A stretch of DNA of 63,690 nucleotides, the filler included, from Chiloscyllium plagiosum (Eukaryota), in assembly GCF_004010195.1 (NCBI RefSeq). It is 4 parts of one record of this genome, joined end to end, with 100 filler letters (N's around TTAATTAATTAA, not from the genome) between each part and the next. Parts side by side here need not be neighbours in the genome. Positions count along the whole stretch, not along the records: positions 1 to 17,844 come from NC_057711.1; 3 more parts are not named here. One strand, 5' to 3'. Shown here piece after piece: positions 1 to 13,500 of this stretch. How positions within the stretch are numbered: the first letter of the stretch is position 1; each line of letters begins with the position of its first letter. A program made the position numbers and the translations under genes. Below the pieces are notes generated by a model. It was not told the DNA's origin. It ran no database searches and saw only the letters and a program-made list of their open reading frames with translations.

Positions 1-536
1 GCCGCATCTGGAGTATTGTGTGCCGTTTTTGTCGCCATACTATAGGAAGGATGTGGTGGCACTGGAACGGGTGCAGAGGAGGTTTACCAGGATGTTGCCT
101 GGTATGGTAGGAAGATCGTATGAGGAAAGGCTGAGGCACTTGGGGCTGTTTTCATTGGAGAAAAGAAGATTTAGGGGTGACTTGATAGAGGTGTACACGA
201 TGATTAGGATTTAGATAGGGTTGACCATGAGAACCTTTTTCCACGTATGGAAAAAGGCTATTACGAGGGGGCATAGCTTTAAATTAAGGGGTGGTAGGTG
301 TAGGACAGATGTTGGGGGTAGATTCTGTACTCAGCGAGTTGTGAGTTCATGGAATGCCCTGCCAGTAACAGTGGTGGACTCTCCCTCTTTATGGGCATTT
401 AAACGGGCATTGGATAGGCATATGGAGGATAGTGGGCTAGTGTAGGTTAGGTGGGCTTGGATCGGCGCAACATCGAGGGCCAAAGGGCCTCTACTGCGCT
501 GTATTTTTCTATGTTCTATGTTCTATGTTCTATGTT
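1..536 (+). mobile_element. CR1-clade (HER1-like) LINE 3' end with (TATGTTC)n tail
   Basis: Translations LERVQRRFTRMLPG, LGLFSLEKRR.RGDLIEVY, TRGHSFKL and RVVSSWNALP are typical of the CR1 ORF2 C-terminus. 7-bp tandem tail at ~508-536. Confidence 0.85.
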
Positions 537-544
537 GTTATTCT

Positions 545-1823
545 TATACACTTGGAGGTGTATGGTAAAATAGGGCAAAGTCAGCATGGATTCATCAAGG
601 GGATGTCATGCCTGACAAATCTGCTTGAATTCTTTGAAGAGGCAATGAGTAGGTTAGACCAAGGAGAGCCAATGGATGTTATCTACCTGGACTTCAAGAA
701 GGCCTTTGACAAGGTGCCACACAGAAGGCTGCTGTGTAAGAAAACGGCCTATGGTGTTAGAGGCAACGTACTAGCATGATAGAAACTGGGCTGTCTGGCA
801 GAAAGCAGAGTGGGGATAAAGGGATCCTTCTGAGGATGGCAGCCGGTGACAAATGGTGTTCCGCAAGGTTTAGTGTTGGGACCACAACTTTTCATTTTAT
901 GCATTAATGAACTGAGAGCATTCTGGCTAGGTTTGCAGATGATATAAAGATAGGTAGAGGGACAGGTAGCATTGAGGAGTTCGGGAGGGTGCAGAAGGAT
1001 TTGGACAGGTTAGGAGTGTGGGCTAAGAAGTGGCAGGTGGAGTATAATGTGGGGAGGTCACACAATTTGGTGGGAAAAATAGAGGCATGAGCTATTTTCT
1101 AAATGGGGAGAAAATTCAGAAGTCTGAAGTACAAAGGGGCTTGGGAATTCTAGTCCAGGATTCTCTCAAGGTAAACTTGCAGGGTGAGTCAGTAATTAGG
1201 AAGGCAAATGCAATTATGGCATTTATTTTGAAAGGACTCAAATATAAGAGCAGGGATGTACTACTGAGGCTTGATAAGGCTCTGGTCAGACCACATTTGG
1301 AGTATTGTGCGCAGTTTGGGTTCCATATCTCAGGAAGGATAAACTGGCCCTGGAGCATGTTCAGAGGAAGTTCACAACAATGGTCCCCCAGGAATGAAAA
1401 TTTTAACATACAAGAAATGTTTGAGGACTCTGAGTGTATACTTGATGGAGTTTAGAAAGATGAGGGGAGATCTGATTGAAACTTACAGAATACTGAATGG
1501 CCTGGACAGAATGGATTTTGGGAAGATGTTTCCATTGGGAGGAGAGAATAGGGCCCGAGGGCACAGTTTTAGAGTAAGGGGAAGGCCTTTTAGAATGGAG
1601 ATAAGAAGAAACCTCTTCAGCCAGAGAGTGGGGAATTTATTGAATTCATTGCCACAGAAGGCTGCGGAGACCAGGTCATTGAGTATATTTAAGATTGAGA
1701 TACATAGGTTTTTGAATATCAAGGGGATCAAGGGTTCTCGGGAGAATGGGATTGAGAAACTTATCAGCTGTGATTGAATGACGGAGCAGACCTGATTTCT
1801 GCTCCTATTTCTTATGGTCTTAT
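545..1823 (+). mobile_element. Decayed CR1 LINE ORF2 (RT and C-terminus)
   Basis: SQHGFIKG.SCLTNLLEFFE, VIYLDFKKAFDKVPH, GVPQG, FADD and LVRPHLEYC motifs with stops and frameshifts. Confidence 0.9.
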
Positions 1824-1824
1824 T

Positions 1825-2270
1825 TATCTAAATGTATTTTAAGCATTGTAACTGTACCCGCATCCATCACTTCCTCTGGAAGTTCATTACACATATGAAC
1901 TAGTCTCTATGTAAAAGAGTTGTCCCTTACGCCCTTTTTAAACCTTTCTCCCCTCGTCGTAAAAATATGCCCAATGGTTTTGAAATCCCCCATCCTAGGG
2001 AAAAGACACTTGCCATTCATCTTATGGTTTTATAAACCTCTATAAGGTGTCCCCTCAATCTCTTATGTTACAGTGAACAAAGTTCTAGGCTTTCCAGTCT
2101 ATTTTTGATATCTCAAACCCTCCAATCCTGGCTAATCTTTTCTGAATCCTCTCCAGTTTAATACTATCCTACCTATAACAGATGACCAGAACCGCACACA
2201 GTACTCCAGAACAGGCCTCACCAACATCCTGCACAACCTCAATTCCTCTATGCAAAGATCTGAGCAATAG
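1825..2270 (-). mobile_element. CR1 LINE 3' fragment
   Basis: Reverse complement resembles the other CR1 3' ends in the window (e.g. ttggtgaggcctgttctggagtactgtgtg). Confidence 0.7.
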
Positions 2271-3359
2271 TCAAATAGTCTATTCCTGCCCTAACATTGA
2301 TATTTCTACAGTCACACGACACCAAGTTACAGTCCAACAGGTTTACTTGAAATCACAAGCTTTCAGAACGCTGCTCCTTCAACATTGACTTGGTGTCATG
2401 TGACTTCTGACTTTGTCCACCCCCAATCTAACACTGGCTCCTCCCCACCATGACTACATTTCTATGTAACAGCAGTTCCATCTTATGCCATTCTCCCACT
2501 TTCTCCCTGTGGCCGGACGGATATTATGCCTCAGAAAATTATCCCGTTTCCCTCAATTGGGCCTGCTCCCATCATACTCTCAGACAGCACCTCCTGGATC
2601 CCAACCACTCACTGCATAAAAAAAGATTTCCCCTCACGTCCCTATTGCTTCTTTGTTTGGTCCCATTAAATCTGTGCCACTGGCATCTTCACCAGTATTG
2701 AGCCTGAGGAATTCTCTACCTCTACATCAATGGGAAGTTGCTCCATTTTCATGTGTTCAGACCCTCATTATTTGAACACTTCGATCAAACCTCATTCAGC
2801 CTTCCCATCCCCGAGGAAGGCAATGCTAAATGTTTTGCATCAGGATTCAGACTCTGGAACAACACTGTGATAATCTCACACAGCTGCACATCACTGAGTG
2901 TAAATAGCACAGAATAGGCAGGGTTAGGATGCTCTGGAAGAAGACTACAATATGTTAAATACTATTGTCTGGAAGAAACACAGAGAGCACATGGATATGA
3001 AGAAGGTAGATTAGTCATTTCCTCATGTAGTGACAAGTCAGGAACTGGCATTTATTCTTTGTTCAGTAGCTACACTGAGTTAACCCTTTTAACCACAGTG
3101 CTCAGAAAGATTTGCATTACTCTAGTTGAGGCCAAGCCAATGTTTTATTCACTGAGGAATTCACTACCTTCAAATAACTTCAACTGAGCAATCCAGAAAT
3201 AAACTTTTGTATTTGCATATGGCCCCAAGTGTGTCACAGCCAATGTTGGACTCTTCGAAAGGTAATTTTTTTGCATTCATTCACAGGATGAAGGCATCAC
3301 TGGCTAGACCAGCATTAAGACCCATCCCTAATTACCCAGAGGTAATTAGTGCTCTTAGT

Positions 3360-3672
3360 GGGCGGCACGGTGGCACAGTGGTTAGCACTGCTGCCTCACA
3401 GCGCCTGAGACCCGGGTTCAATTTCCGCCTCAGGCAACTGATTGTGTGGAGTTTGCACGTTCTCCCCGTGTCTGCGTTTCCTCCGGGTGCTCTGGTTTCC
3501 TCCCACAGTCCAAAGATGTGCAAGTCAGGTGAATTGGCCATGCTAAATTGCCCGTAGTGTTAGGTAAGGAGTAAATGTAGGCGTATGGGTGGGTTGCGCT
3601 TCGGCGGGTCGGTGTGGACTTGTTGGGCCGAAGGGCCTGTTTCCACACTGTAATGTAATCTAATGTAATCTA
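3360..3672 (+). mobile_element. HE1-type tRNA-derived SINE
   Basis: GGGCGGCACGGTGGCACAGTGGTTAGCACTGCTGCC head (A box), GGTTCAATTT B box, central GTGTGGAGTTTGCACGTTCTCCCCGTGTC core, LINE-like 3' end and (TAATGTAATC) tail. Confidence 0.85.
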
Positions 3673-4734
3673 AAAAAAAAATTAAGAGTCAATCACATTG
3701 CTGAATTCACGGCTTGTAATTTAGGAAAAATAATGACCAAGTTTCCAGAACCACGCACAATACTGTCGCTGAGGTCTGACTAATTTCCAACATAACCTCC
3801 CTGCTCTTAAACTCTACGCCTCAACTAATAAAGGTAAGTGTCTCAACTGTAGCTTTAGTATTCCTTAGTAGCTATGTGACCCTGAGTAGAAGCCGTTCTG
3901 CTTGGAACAGAGAAGGCTGGGGGAAGATTGAGATGTACAAGGTTATGAGAGTCCTGGATAGACTGGATGGACTGAATTCCCTTTGCAGGAGGGTCACTAA
4001 ATAAGGGCCCTGGATCTAAAGTGATTGGTAGAAGGACTGAAGGGAAGATGAGGAGAAAATATTTTTACTCAGAGGGTGATAGAGGTCTCGAATCTTTTGG
4101 TACTATGTCCAAAGTACTGGGAAATGCGATTATGCTGGGTCAGCTTTCAGCCGGTAGGGACATTATGGACAGAATGGCCTCCTTCTGAGCTGTAAACGTT
4201 TCTACATTTCCAAGATATTTGAAACATCTGAGGAGGAGGAATGCGCAGGGACATGGGGTGAGGGCAGAATAGTGGCAGTGCATGCATTGGGCCGCAGGAG
4301 GGCCAGTACAGGCACAATGGGTCAAATGGCCTTCTCCTATGCTGTATTGATTCTATTCTATGATTCTAGGTAGGGAACGTGATTACTGGTCTGGATTACA
4401 GGCTCAAATCATGAATCGTTAAAGTATTTGAAGAGAACAATTTCTTTGAAACAACGCCTGAAGGGAAGTGTGTACCAAGAAACCAACCCTTTCTATTCTT
4501 CCTCCCTGTTTTCTGATCAGCCCTCTCTCACTGACCCTCGCTCAGTTAACAGTGATCCTGTTTGGGTTTTCTGCCTGGGCCCAGGGATGTTCACTGCTCT
4601 CTTGTACCGAGTGGGAACAGTCTCCAATCTCAGCAGTGCCTTCATCGTTCTTTATGCTTACATGGGATGTCGTCAGCATTTATTGCCTTCCCTACTTTCC
4701 CTGTTTAATTGCAGCGACATAAAACTTCCGTTTG

Positions 4735-5270
4735 GGGCATTGTGTGCAATTCTGGTTGCCAGACAATAGGAAGGACGTGGAGGCTTTGGAGAGGGGGTTG
4801 ACCAGGATGTCGCCTGGATTGGAGCGTGTTCGCTATAAGGAGAGGTTGGACAAACTTAGATTGTTTTTGCTCGAGCATCAAAGGCTGAGGGGCAAACTGA
4901 TAGAAGTCAATAAAATTATGGGAGGTATAGATAGGGTAGATTATCAGAGTCTTTTTCCCAGGGTTAGAATATCAAATACTGTGAGGCATAGGCTTAAGGC
5001 AGGAGGGAAAAAGGTTAAAGGAGATGTGTGAGGAAAGTTTTTTACATGGATGGAGTTATGTGCCTGTAACGTGTTGCCAGGGTAGGTGCTAGAAGCAGAT
5101 ACAATAGCAAAGTTTAAGAGGCATTTAGACAGACACATGGACAGGCAGGTAATAGTGGGATAGGGATTTTGGGTAGCAGATGGGATTAGTTTAGAAAGGC
5201 ATCGTGGTTGGCACTGACATGGTGGGCCGAAGGGTCTGTTCCTGTATGCTACTGTTCTATGTTTAGTGTT
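4735..5270 (+). mobile_element. CR1 LINE 3' fragment
   Basis: ORF 4732..5031 (CVQFW..DVEALE..YKERLDKLRLF) followed by a CR1-type 3' UTR. Confidence 0.8.
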
Positions 5271-7256
5271 CTGCTATCCCATTTCAAAGGGCAGTTAAGT
5301 GAAAGTTCACTGATGTCTGGATCTGGGGTCACATGTGGGCCAGGATGGGTAAGGACTGCAAAGATGGCAGATTTCCCTTCCTTAAGGGTGTTTGTGGACA
5401 GATTTTTAATCAGAAAGGGAAAAAAGCAGGAAAGTGGAGTTGAGGATTATCAGATGAGCCACAATCCCATTGGATGGCAGAGCAGACTCGATGGGCTGAA
5501 TGGCCTGTTTCTTATGATCTTATGATAGGGAATTACAATGAACATATAATTATACGAATAGGAATAGGCCACTCTGCCCTTTGAACCTGCTGTGCCATTC
5601 AAAACAATCGTGGCTAATCTGATTTTAACCTTAACTCTCCATTCCTGCATATCCCCAATAATCCTTCATCCCCTTGATCATCAAGAATCTATATACCTCT
5701 GTCTTAAAAATATTTAACAATTCTACCCCCACTGCTGGAGGAGGGAAGTGCCAAAGACTCACAACCTTCTGAGAGAATGAATTTTGATGGTAACAAGAAA
5801 TTGATGATAATTTTTTTATAACTACTGTGGCCTTTATGTTCCAGTTTCATTCAATTCCATTATCCCTTTGACTGACAGTGGTCAAATGTTACCACCACGA
5901 CAGCACCATCTCCATCTTGTGATAGCTTCCCTCCCTCTGTTCAACCTCACTGAGCGTCTGTGTCTTGGCTCTTGTACAAAGAAAGCATTAGCTGTTATCT
6001 AAGACCTGAATTGTAATCCCACAATCTGATCAGAGCTCAGGCCTATGTCGTGGCCAGTCTGACTAATTACAGTTTTGAATTTCTCCCTTTGTCTGGTGTC
6101 TCACTGTCAGCAGAGCAGAGCAAATACAAGCAGCAGCTCACATTACCTGTCCATGTCCAATCTCTGACCCACACTTTTAGCAACTTTTGCTGGCAACAAG
6201 AGTTTACAAACTGATTGTACAAAGCCCTGGAGGATTCCTCACCTTCAATCAAGTGATCTCCCCCCACTCCACCCTCACACTCTGCCCCTCCCCCATACCT
6301 CCCACTGGTCTCCATCTCAACAAACAGCCCCAGCAACACACGCACTCACACACTGCCCACCCCTTACTGCTCACTACCACTCATTCCCATACACAACCCA
6401 CCACTCCCACAAATGTCCAACACCAGCCCAACAAAACCCTGGCCCTCATACATTCCCATTCCCAGTCCTTGCCTCCAAAACACAGTACCCCAGTCACAAA
6501 TAAAGTGATCATTCATTAATGAAACAGTGGATTAATTCCGGTCAGTCCCACTTTCATCAGTGTCTGCACATTCGTTGCATGAATTGGCTTTAAATCATGC
6601 AGGTCTCCTAATGGAGTTCATGTTGACTGTTCCCCTGGTATCAGCTCATTCCATGGGTGCTGTTCCTTTTCCAAGGACATTCCCATGACAAGTTCTTAGT
6701 GTGTTGTTTGTTGGTTATGATCCATCTCTGTTGTGACTGATGGTCTCTCTGTATTCTCTGCACAGGTGATGAGATCACTTCCTCCCAATTGACAACTTGC
6801 AGTGAAGGATAGGCTTCTCTGGTTGGGCTTATCTGCTCCTTCACATTTGCCATGTATGATTCGATGGCAACTGCTCTCCCCAGACCCACAGATACCACAT
6901 GGGCTGACTTCTATTCAGCCTGTTCAATGTTCGCACTCTGACTAACTCGCCAATGTCTTGGCAATGACTTGGTAGATTTTATCAAAGTGAAATTTGCTTT
7001 TCTGTCATCTTACCTGAATTTTATCACTCACTTGTTACTACTTCTAGCTTCAGTAGATTGCTTGTTATTGGAAGAGTTGTCTGAGTGCAGCGCGACATCA
7101 ATGGTTTGGATATCCCTGCTCGCAGATTCCTGAGTTTACATCTGGGTTGGTCTTGCTTCAGGAAACAAGATGGCACTGGAGTGTGGAGACTCTTTCAGAA
7201 CTGTCCCCAGCAGATCTCCTCCTTCTGCCTATTATAATCATTCTACACTTATAAGA

Positions 7257-7506
7257 CACAATTGTGAGTCTCAAGAATGTGGTGCTGGAAAAGTACAGCC
7301 GGTCAGGCAGCATCTGAGGAGCAGGAGAATCGGCGCTTCGAGCATTAGCCCTTCATCGGGAATCTTTCTGATGAAGGGCTTATGCTTGAAATGTCGATTC
7401 TCCTCTTCCTTGGATACTGCCTGACCGACTGTGCTTTTCCAGCATTACATTCTCGACTCCGCACGCCAGCATTTCCCAGTCCTCACTTTGTCACAACTGA
7501 GAGTCT
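7257..7506. mobile_element. Palindromic Penelope-derived short element (two inverted pseudo-LTR arms, hammerhead-like motifs)
   Basis: 7272-7360 is an imperfect reverse complement of 7367-7455. CTGATGA-AGGGC-TTAT-GCTT-GAAA-TGTC at 7368-7395. Flanked by a 13/15-matching direct repeat (7257-7271, 7492-7506). Confidence 0.7.
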
Positions 7507-10500
7507 GTCAGAATTACGAACAGTGTTCTCTTATCTCTACTTACAGGTCCAGTGATCTACCGACCTTCGGGAACACCCAGCTTCCCCCGCAAGACCTGGT
7601 TGGATATGAACCAACAGAGACCAGGATCTCCCAGAGTCCGACTGTGTGAACCCACGGGGTCCGACTGTGTGAACTCACGGGGTCTGACTGTGTGAACCCA
7701 CGGAGTCTGACTGTGTGAACCCATGGGGTCTGACTGTGTGAACCCACGGGGTCTGACAGTGTGAATCCACGGGGTCTGACTGTGTGAACCCACAGGATCC
7801 GACTGTATTAACACACAGGGTCCGACTGTGTGAACCCACGGGGTCTGACTGTGTGAACCCATGGGTTTTTACTGTGTGAACCCACAGGGTCTGACTGTGT
7901 GAACCCACAGGGTCTGACGGTGTGGACCCACGGGGTCAGACTGTGTGAACCTATAGAGTCTGACTGTGTGAACTCACGGGGTCTGACTGTGTCAACCCAC
8001 AAGGTCCGACTGTGTGAACCCAAAGGGTCTGACTGTGTGAACCCACAAGGTCCGACTGTGTGAACCCATGAGGTTTGACTGTGTGAACCCACAGGGTCCG
8101 ACTGTGTATACCCACAGGGTCCGACAGTGAGAACCCACAGGTCCGACTGTGAACCCACAGGGTCTGACTGTGTGAACCCACATGTTCCGATTGTGTGAAC
8201 TCACTGGGTCTGACTGTGTGAACCCACAGGGTCCGACTGTGTGAACCCACGGGGTCTGACTGTGTGAACCCACAGAGTCCAACTGTGTGAACCCCCATGG
8301 TCCGACTGTGTGAACCCACAGGGTCTGACTGTGTGAACCCACTGGGTCTGACTGTGTGAACCCACAGGTTCCGACTGTGTGAACACACGGGGTCTTACTG
8401 TGTGAACCCACAGGGTCTGACTGTGAACCCACAGGGTCCGAGTGTGTGAACCCACAGGGTCTGACTGTGTGAATCCACAGGGTCTGACTGTGTGAACCTA
8501 CAGGGTCTGACTGTGTGAACCCACGGGATCTGACTGTGAGAATCCAAAGGGTCTGACTGTGTGAAGCGACAGTGTCTGACTGTAAGAATCCACAGGGTCC
8601 GACAGTGTGAACCCACGGAGTCTGACTGTGTGAACCCACAGGGTCCGACTGTGTGAAGCCACAGGGTTTGACTGTGTGAATCCACAGGATCTGACTGTGT
8701 GAACCCACAGGGTCCGACTGTGTGAACCTATGGGATCCGACTGTGTGAACCCACAGGGTCCGACTGTGTGAACCCACAGGGTCAGACTTTGTGAACCCAT
8801 GGGGTCTGACTGTGTGAACCCAAGGGGTCTGACTGTGTGAACCCATGGGGTCTGACTGTGTGAACCCATGGGGTCTGACTGTGTGAACCCACAGGGTCCG
8901 ACTGTGTGAATCCACGGGGTCTGACTTTGTGAACCCACGTGGTCTGACTGTGTGAACCCATGGGGTCTGACTGTGTGAACTCACAGGGTCTGACTGTGTG
9001 AACCCTCGGGGTCCGACAGTGTGAACCCACGGGGTCTGACTGTGTGAACCCACGGGGTCCGACTGTGTGAACTCACGGGGTTCGACTGTGTGAACCCACG
9101 GGGTCTGACTGTGTGAACCCAAAGGGTCTGACTGTATGAATCCACGGGTTCTTACTGTGTGAACCCACGGGGTCTGACTGTGTGAACCCACAGGGTCTGA
9201 CTGTGTGAACCCACGGAGTCTGACTGTGTGAACCCATGTGGTCTTACTGTGTGAACCCACGGGGTCTGACTGTGAGAATCCACGGGGTCTGACTGTGAGA
9301 ATCCACAGGGTCTGACTGTGTGAACCCATGGGGTCTGACTGTGTGAACCCACAGGGTCTGACTCTGTGAACCCACGGAGTCTGACTTTGTGAACTCACGT
9401 GGTCTGACTGTGTGAACCCACAGGGTCTGACTGTGTGAACCCACGTGGTCTGACTGCGTGAACCCATGGAGTCTGACTGTGTGAACTCACAGGGTATGAC
9501 TGTGTGAACCCTCGGGGTCCGACTGTGTGAACACACGGGGTCTGACTGTGTGAACCCACGGAGTCTGACTGTGTGAACCCACAGAGTCCGACAGTGTGAA
9601 CTCACGTGGTCTGACTGTGAGAACCCACAGGGTCCGACTTTGTTAACCCACAGATCCGACTGTGTGAACCCACGTGGTCTGACTGTGAGAATCCACAGGG
9701 TCTGACTGTGTGAACCCACGGGGTCTGACTGTGTGAACCCACGGGGTCTGACTGTGTGAACCCACAGGGTCCGACTTTGTTAACCCACAGATCCGACTGT
9801 GTGAACCCACAGGGCCTGACTGTGTGAACCCACGGGATCCGACTGTGTGAACCCACAGGGTCCGACTGTGTGAACCCACAGGGTCTGACTGTGTAAACCC
9901 ACAGGGTCCGACAGTGTGAACCCACGTGGTCTGACTGTGAGAATCCACAGGGTCTGACTGTGTGAACCCACGGGGTCTGACTGTGTGAACCCACGGGGTC
10001 TGACTGTGTGAACCCACAGGGTCCGACTTTGTTAACCCACAGATCCGACTGTGTGAACCCACAAGGTCTGACTGTGTGAACCCACGGGGTCCGTCTGTTT
10101 GAACCCACGGGGTCCGATTGTGTGAACCCACATGGTCTGACTGTATGAACCCACGGGGTCTGACTGCGTGAACCCAAAGGGTCCGACTGTGTGAACCCAC
10201 GGAGTCTGACTGTGTGAACCCATGGAGTCTGACGATGTGAACCCACGAGGTCTGACTGTGAGAATCCTCAGGGTCTGACTGTGTGAACCCACGGGGTCTG
10301 ACTGTGTGAACCCACAGGGTCAGACTTTGTGAACTCAAGGGGTCTGACTGTGTGAACTCGCAGGATCCGACAGTGTGAACCCAAAGGGTCTGACTGTGTG
10401 AACACACAGGGTCTGACTGTGTGAACCCATGGGGTCTGACTGTGTGCATCCATGGAGTCTGACTGTGTGAACCCATGGTGGCCTGACTGTGTGAACACAC

Positions 10501-13500
10501 AGGGTCCAACTGTGTAAACCCGCAGGGTCTGAGAGTGTGAACCCACAGGGTCTGACTGTGTGAACTCACGTGGTCTGACTGTGAGAATCCACAGAGTCTG
10601 ACTGTGTGAACTCACAGGGTCTGACGGTGTGAACCCACGGGGTCTGACTGTGTGAACCCACAGGGTCCGACTGTGTTAACCCACAGATCCGACTGTGTGA
10701 ACCCACAGGGTCTGACTGTGTGAACCCACAGGGTCAGACTTTGTGAACTCAAGGTGTCTGACTGTGTGAACTCGCAGGGTCCGACGGTGTGAACCCACGG
10801 GTTCTGACTGTGTGAACCCACAGGGTCCGACTGTGTTAACCCACAGATCCGATTGTGTGAACCCACAGGGTCTGACTGTGTGAACCCATGGAGTCTGACT
10901 GTGTGAGCCCATGGGGTCTGACTGTGTGAATCCACAAGGTCTGACTGTGCGAACCCACAGGGTCCGACTGTGTTATCCCACAGGGTCATACTGTGTGAAC
11001 CCACAGCGTCTGACTGTGTGAATCCACGGGTTCTTACTGTGTGAATCCACGGGGGTCCGACAGTGTGGACTCACAGGGTCTGACTGTGTGAACCCACGGG
11101 GGTCCGACAGTGTGAACTCACGGGGTCTGACTGTGTGAACCCATGTGGTCTGACTGTGTGAACCCACCTAGTCTGACTGTGTGAACTCACAGGGTCTTAC
11201 TGTGTGATCCCTCGGGTTCCGACTATATGAACTCACAGGGTCTGACTGTGTGAACCCACGGGGTCTGACTGTGTGAACCCACGGGGTCTGTCTGTGTGAA
11301 CTCACGGGGTCTGACTGTGTGAACCCACGGAGTCTGACTGTGTGAACCCACGCGGTCTGACTGTGTGAACCCATGGGGTCTGACTGTGTGAACCCATGGG
11401 GTCCGACTGTGTTAACCCACAGATTCTGACTGTGTGAACCCACAGAGTCAGACTGTGTGAACACACGGGGTCTGACTGTGTGAACCCACGGCGTCTGAGT
11501 GTGTAAATCCATGGGGTCTGAATGTGTGAACCCACAGGGTGCGACTGTGTTAACACACAGAGTCTGACTGTGAGAACCCACAGGGTCCGACTGTGTTAAC
11601 ACACAGGGTCCGACTGTGTTAACCCACAGTTTCTGACTGCGTGAACCCTCAGTGTCAGACTGTGTGAACTCACGGGGTCTGACTGTGTGAACCCACGGCG
11701 CCTGACTGTGTGAATCCATGGGGTCTGACTGTGTGAACCCACAGGGTCCAACTGTGTTAACACACAGGGTCCGACTGTGTGAACCCACGGGGTCTGACTG
11801 TGTAAACCCACGGTTTGTTACTGCATGAACCCACGGGGTCCGACTGTGTGAAGTCACAGGGTCTGACTGTGTGAATCCACAGGGTCTGACTGTGTGAACC
11901 CATAGGGTCCGACTGTGTTAACCCACAGGGTCCGACTGTGTGAACCCACAGGGTCTGACTGTGTGAAACCACGGGTTCTCACTGTGTGAACCCATGGGGG
12001 TCCGACTGTGTGAACTCACAGGGTCTGACTGTGAGAACCTATGTAGTCTGACTGTGTGAACCCACGAGGTCTGACTGTGTGAATCCACAGGGTCTGACTG
12101 TGTCAACCCACGGAGTCTGACTGTGTGAACCCACGGGGTCTGATTGTGTGAACCCACAGGGTCCGACTGTGTTAACCCACAGGGTCCGACTGTGTGAACC
12201 CACATGGTCTGACTTTGTGAACCCACGGAGGTCCGACTGTGTGAAGTCACAGGGTCTGACTGTGTGAACCCACGGAGTCTGACTGTGTGAACTCACGGGG
12301 TCTGATTGTGTGAACCCACACGGTCTGACTGTATGAACACATGGGGTCTGACTGTGTGAACCCACGGAGTCTGACTGTGTGAACCCACAGCGTCTGACTG
12401 TGTGAACCCACGGAGTCTGACTGTGTGAAGTCAGAGGGTCTAATTGTGGAAACCCACGAGGTCTGACTGTGTGAACCCACGGATTCTGACTGTGTGAACC
12501 CATGGTGTCTGACAGTGTGAACCCACGGGGTCTGACTGTGAGAATCCACGGAGTCTGACTGTGAGAATCCACAGGGTCTGACTGTGTGAACCCACGGGGT
12601 CTGACTGTGTGAACCCACGGGGTCTGACTGTGTGAACTCACAGGGTCTGACTGTGTGAACCAACAGGGTCTGACTGTGTGATCCCACAGGGTCCGACAGT
12701 GTGAAATCACGTGGTCTGACTGTGAGAAACCCCAGGGTCCGACTTTGTTATCCCACAGATCCGACTATGTGAACCCACAGAGTCTGACTGTGTGAACCCA
12801 CGGGGTCTGACAGTGTGAACCCACAGGGTCCGACTGTGTGAACCCACAGGGTCTGACTGTGTGAACCCACAGGGTCCGACAGTGTGAACTCACGTGGTCT
12901 GACTGTGAGAATCCACAGAGTCTGACTGTGTGAACCCACGGGGTCTGACTGTGTGAACCTACGGGGTCTGACTGTGTGAACCCACAGGGTCCGACTTTGT
13001 TAACCCACAGATCCGACTGTGTGAACCAACAGGGTCTGACTGTGTGAACCCACGGGGTCCGACTGTGTGAACCCAAGGGGTCCGACTGTGTGAACCCACA
13101 TGGTCTGACTGTATGAACCCACGGAGTGTGACTGTGTGAACACACAGCGTCTGACTGTGTGAACCCAAAGGGTCTGACTGTATGAACCCACGGGTTCTTA
13201 CTGTGTGAACCCACGGGGTCTGACTGTGTGAACCCCCGGAGTCTGACTGTATGAACCCACGGGGTCGGACTGTGTGAACCCACGGGGTCTGACTGTGTGA
13301 ACACACGGAGTCTGACTGTGTCCACCCACGGGGTCTGACTGTGTGAACCCACGGGGTCGGACTGTCTGAACCCAAAGGGTCTGACTGTATGAACCCACGG
13401 GTTCTTACTGTGTGAACCCACGGGTTCTGACAGTGATAATCCACGGAGTCTGACTGTGTGAACCCACGGGGTCTGACTGTATGAACCACCGGGTTCTTAC

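Noticed and set aside
3360..3440. tRNA-like A and B boxes
   Set aside because: Heads of HE1 SINEs, not tRNA genes; they continue into the SINE core and LINE-like tail.
6740..7250. Unique sequence with a good + acceptor (6765) and a minus-strand donor (7013)
   Set aside because: All frames tested close quickly and there is no recognisable homology. A non-coding exon cannot be supported without RNA data.
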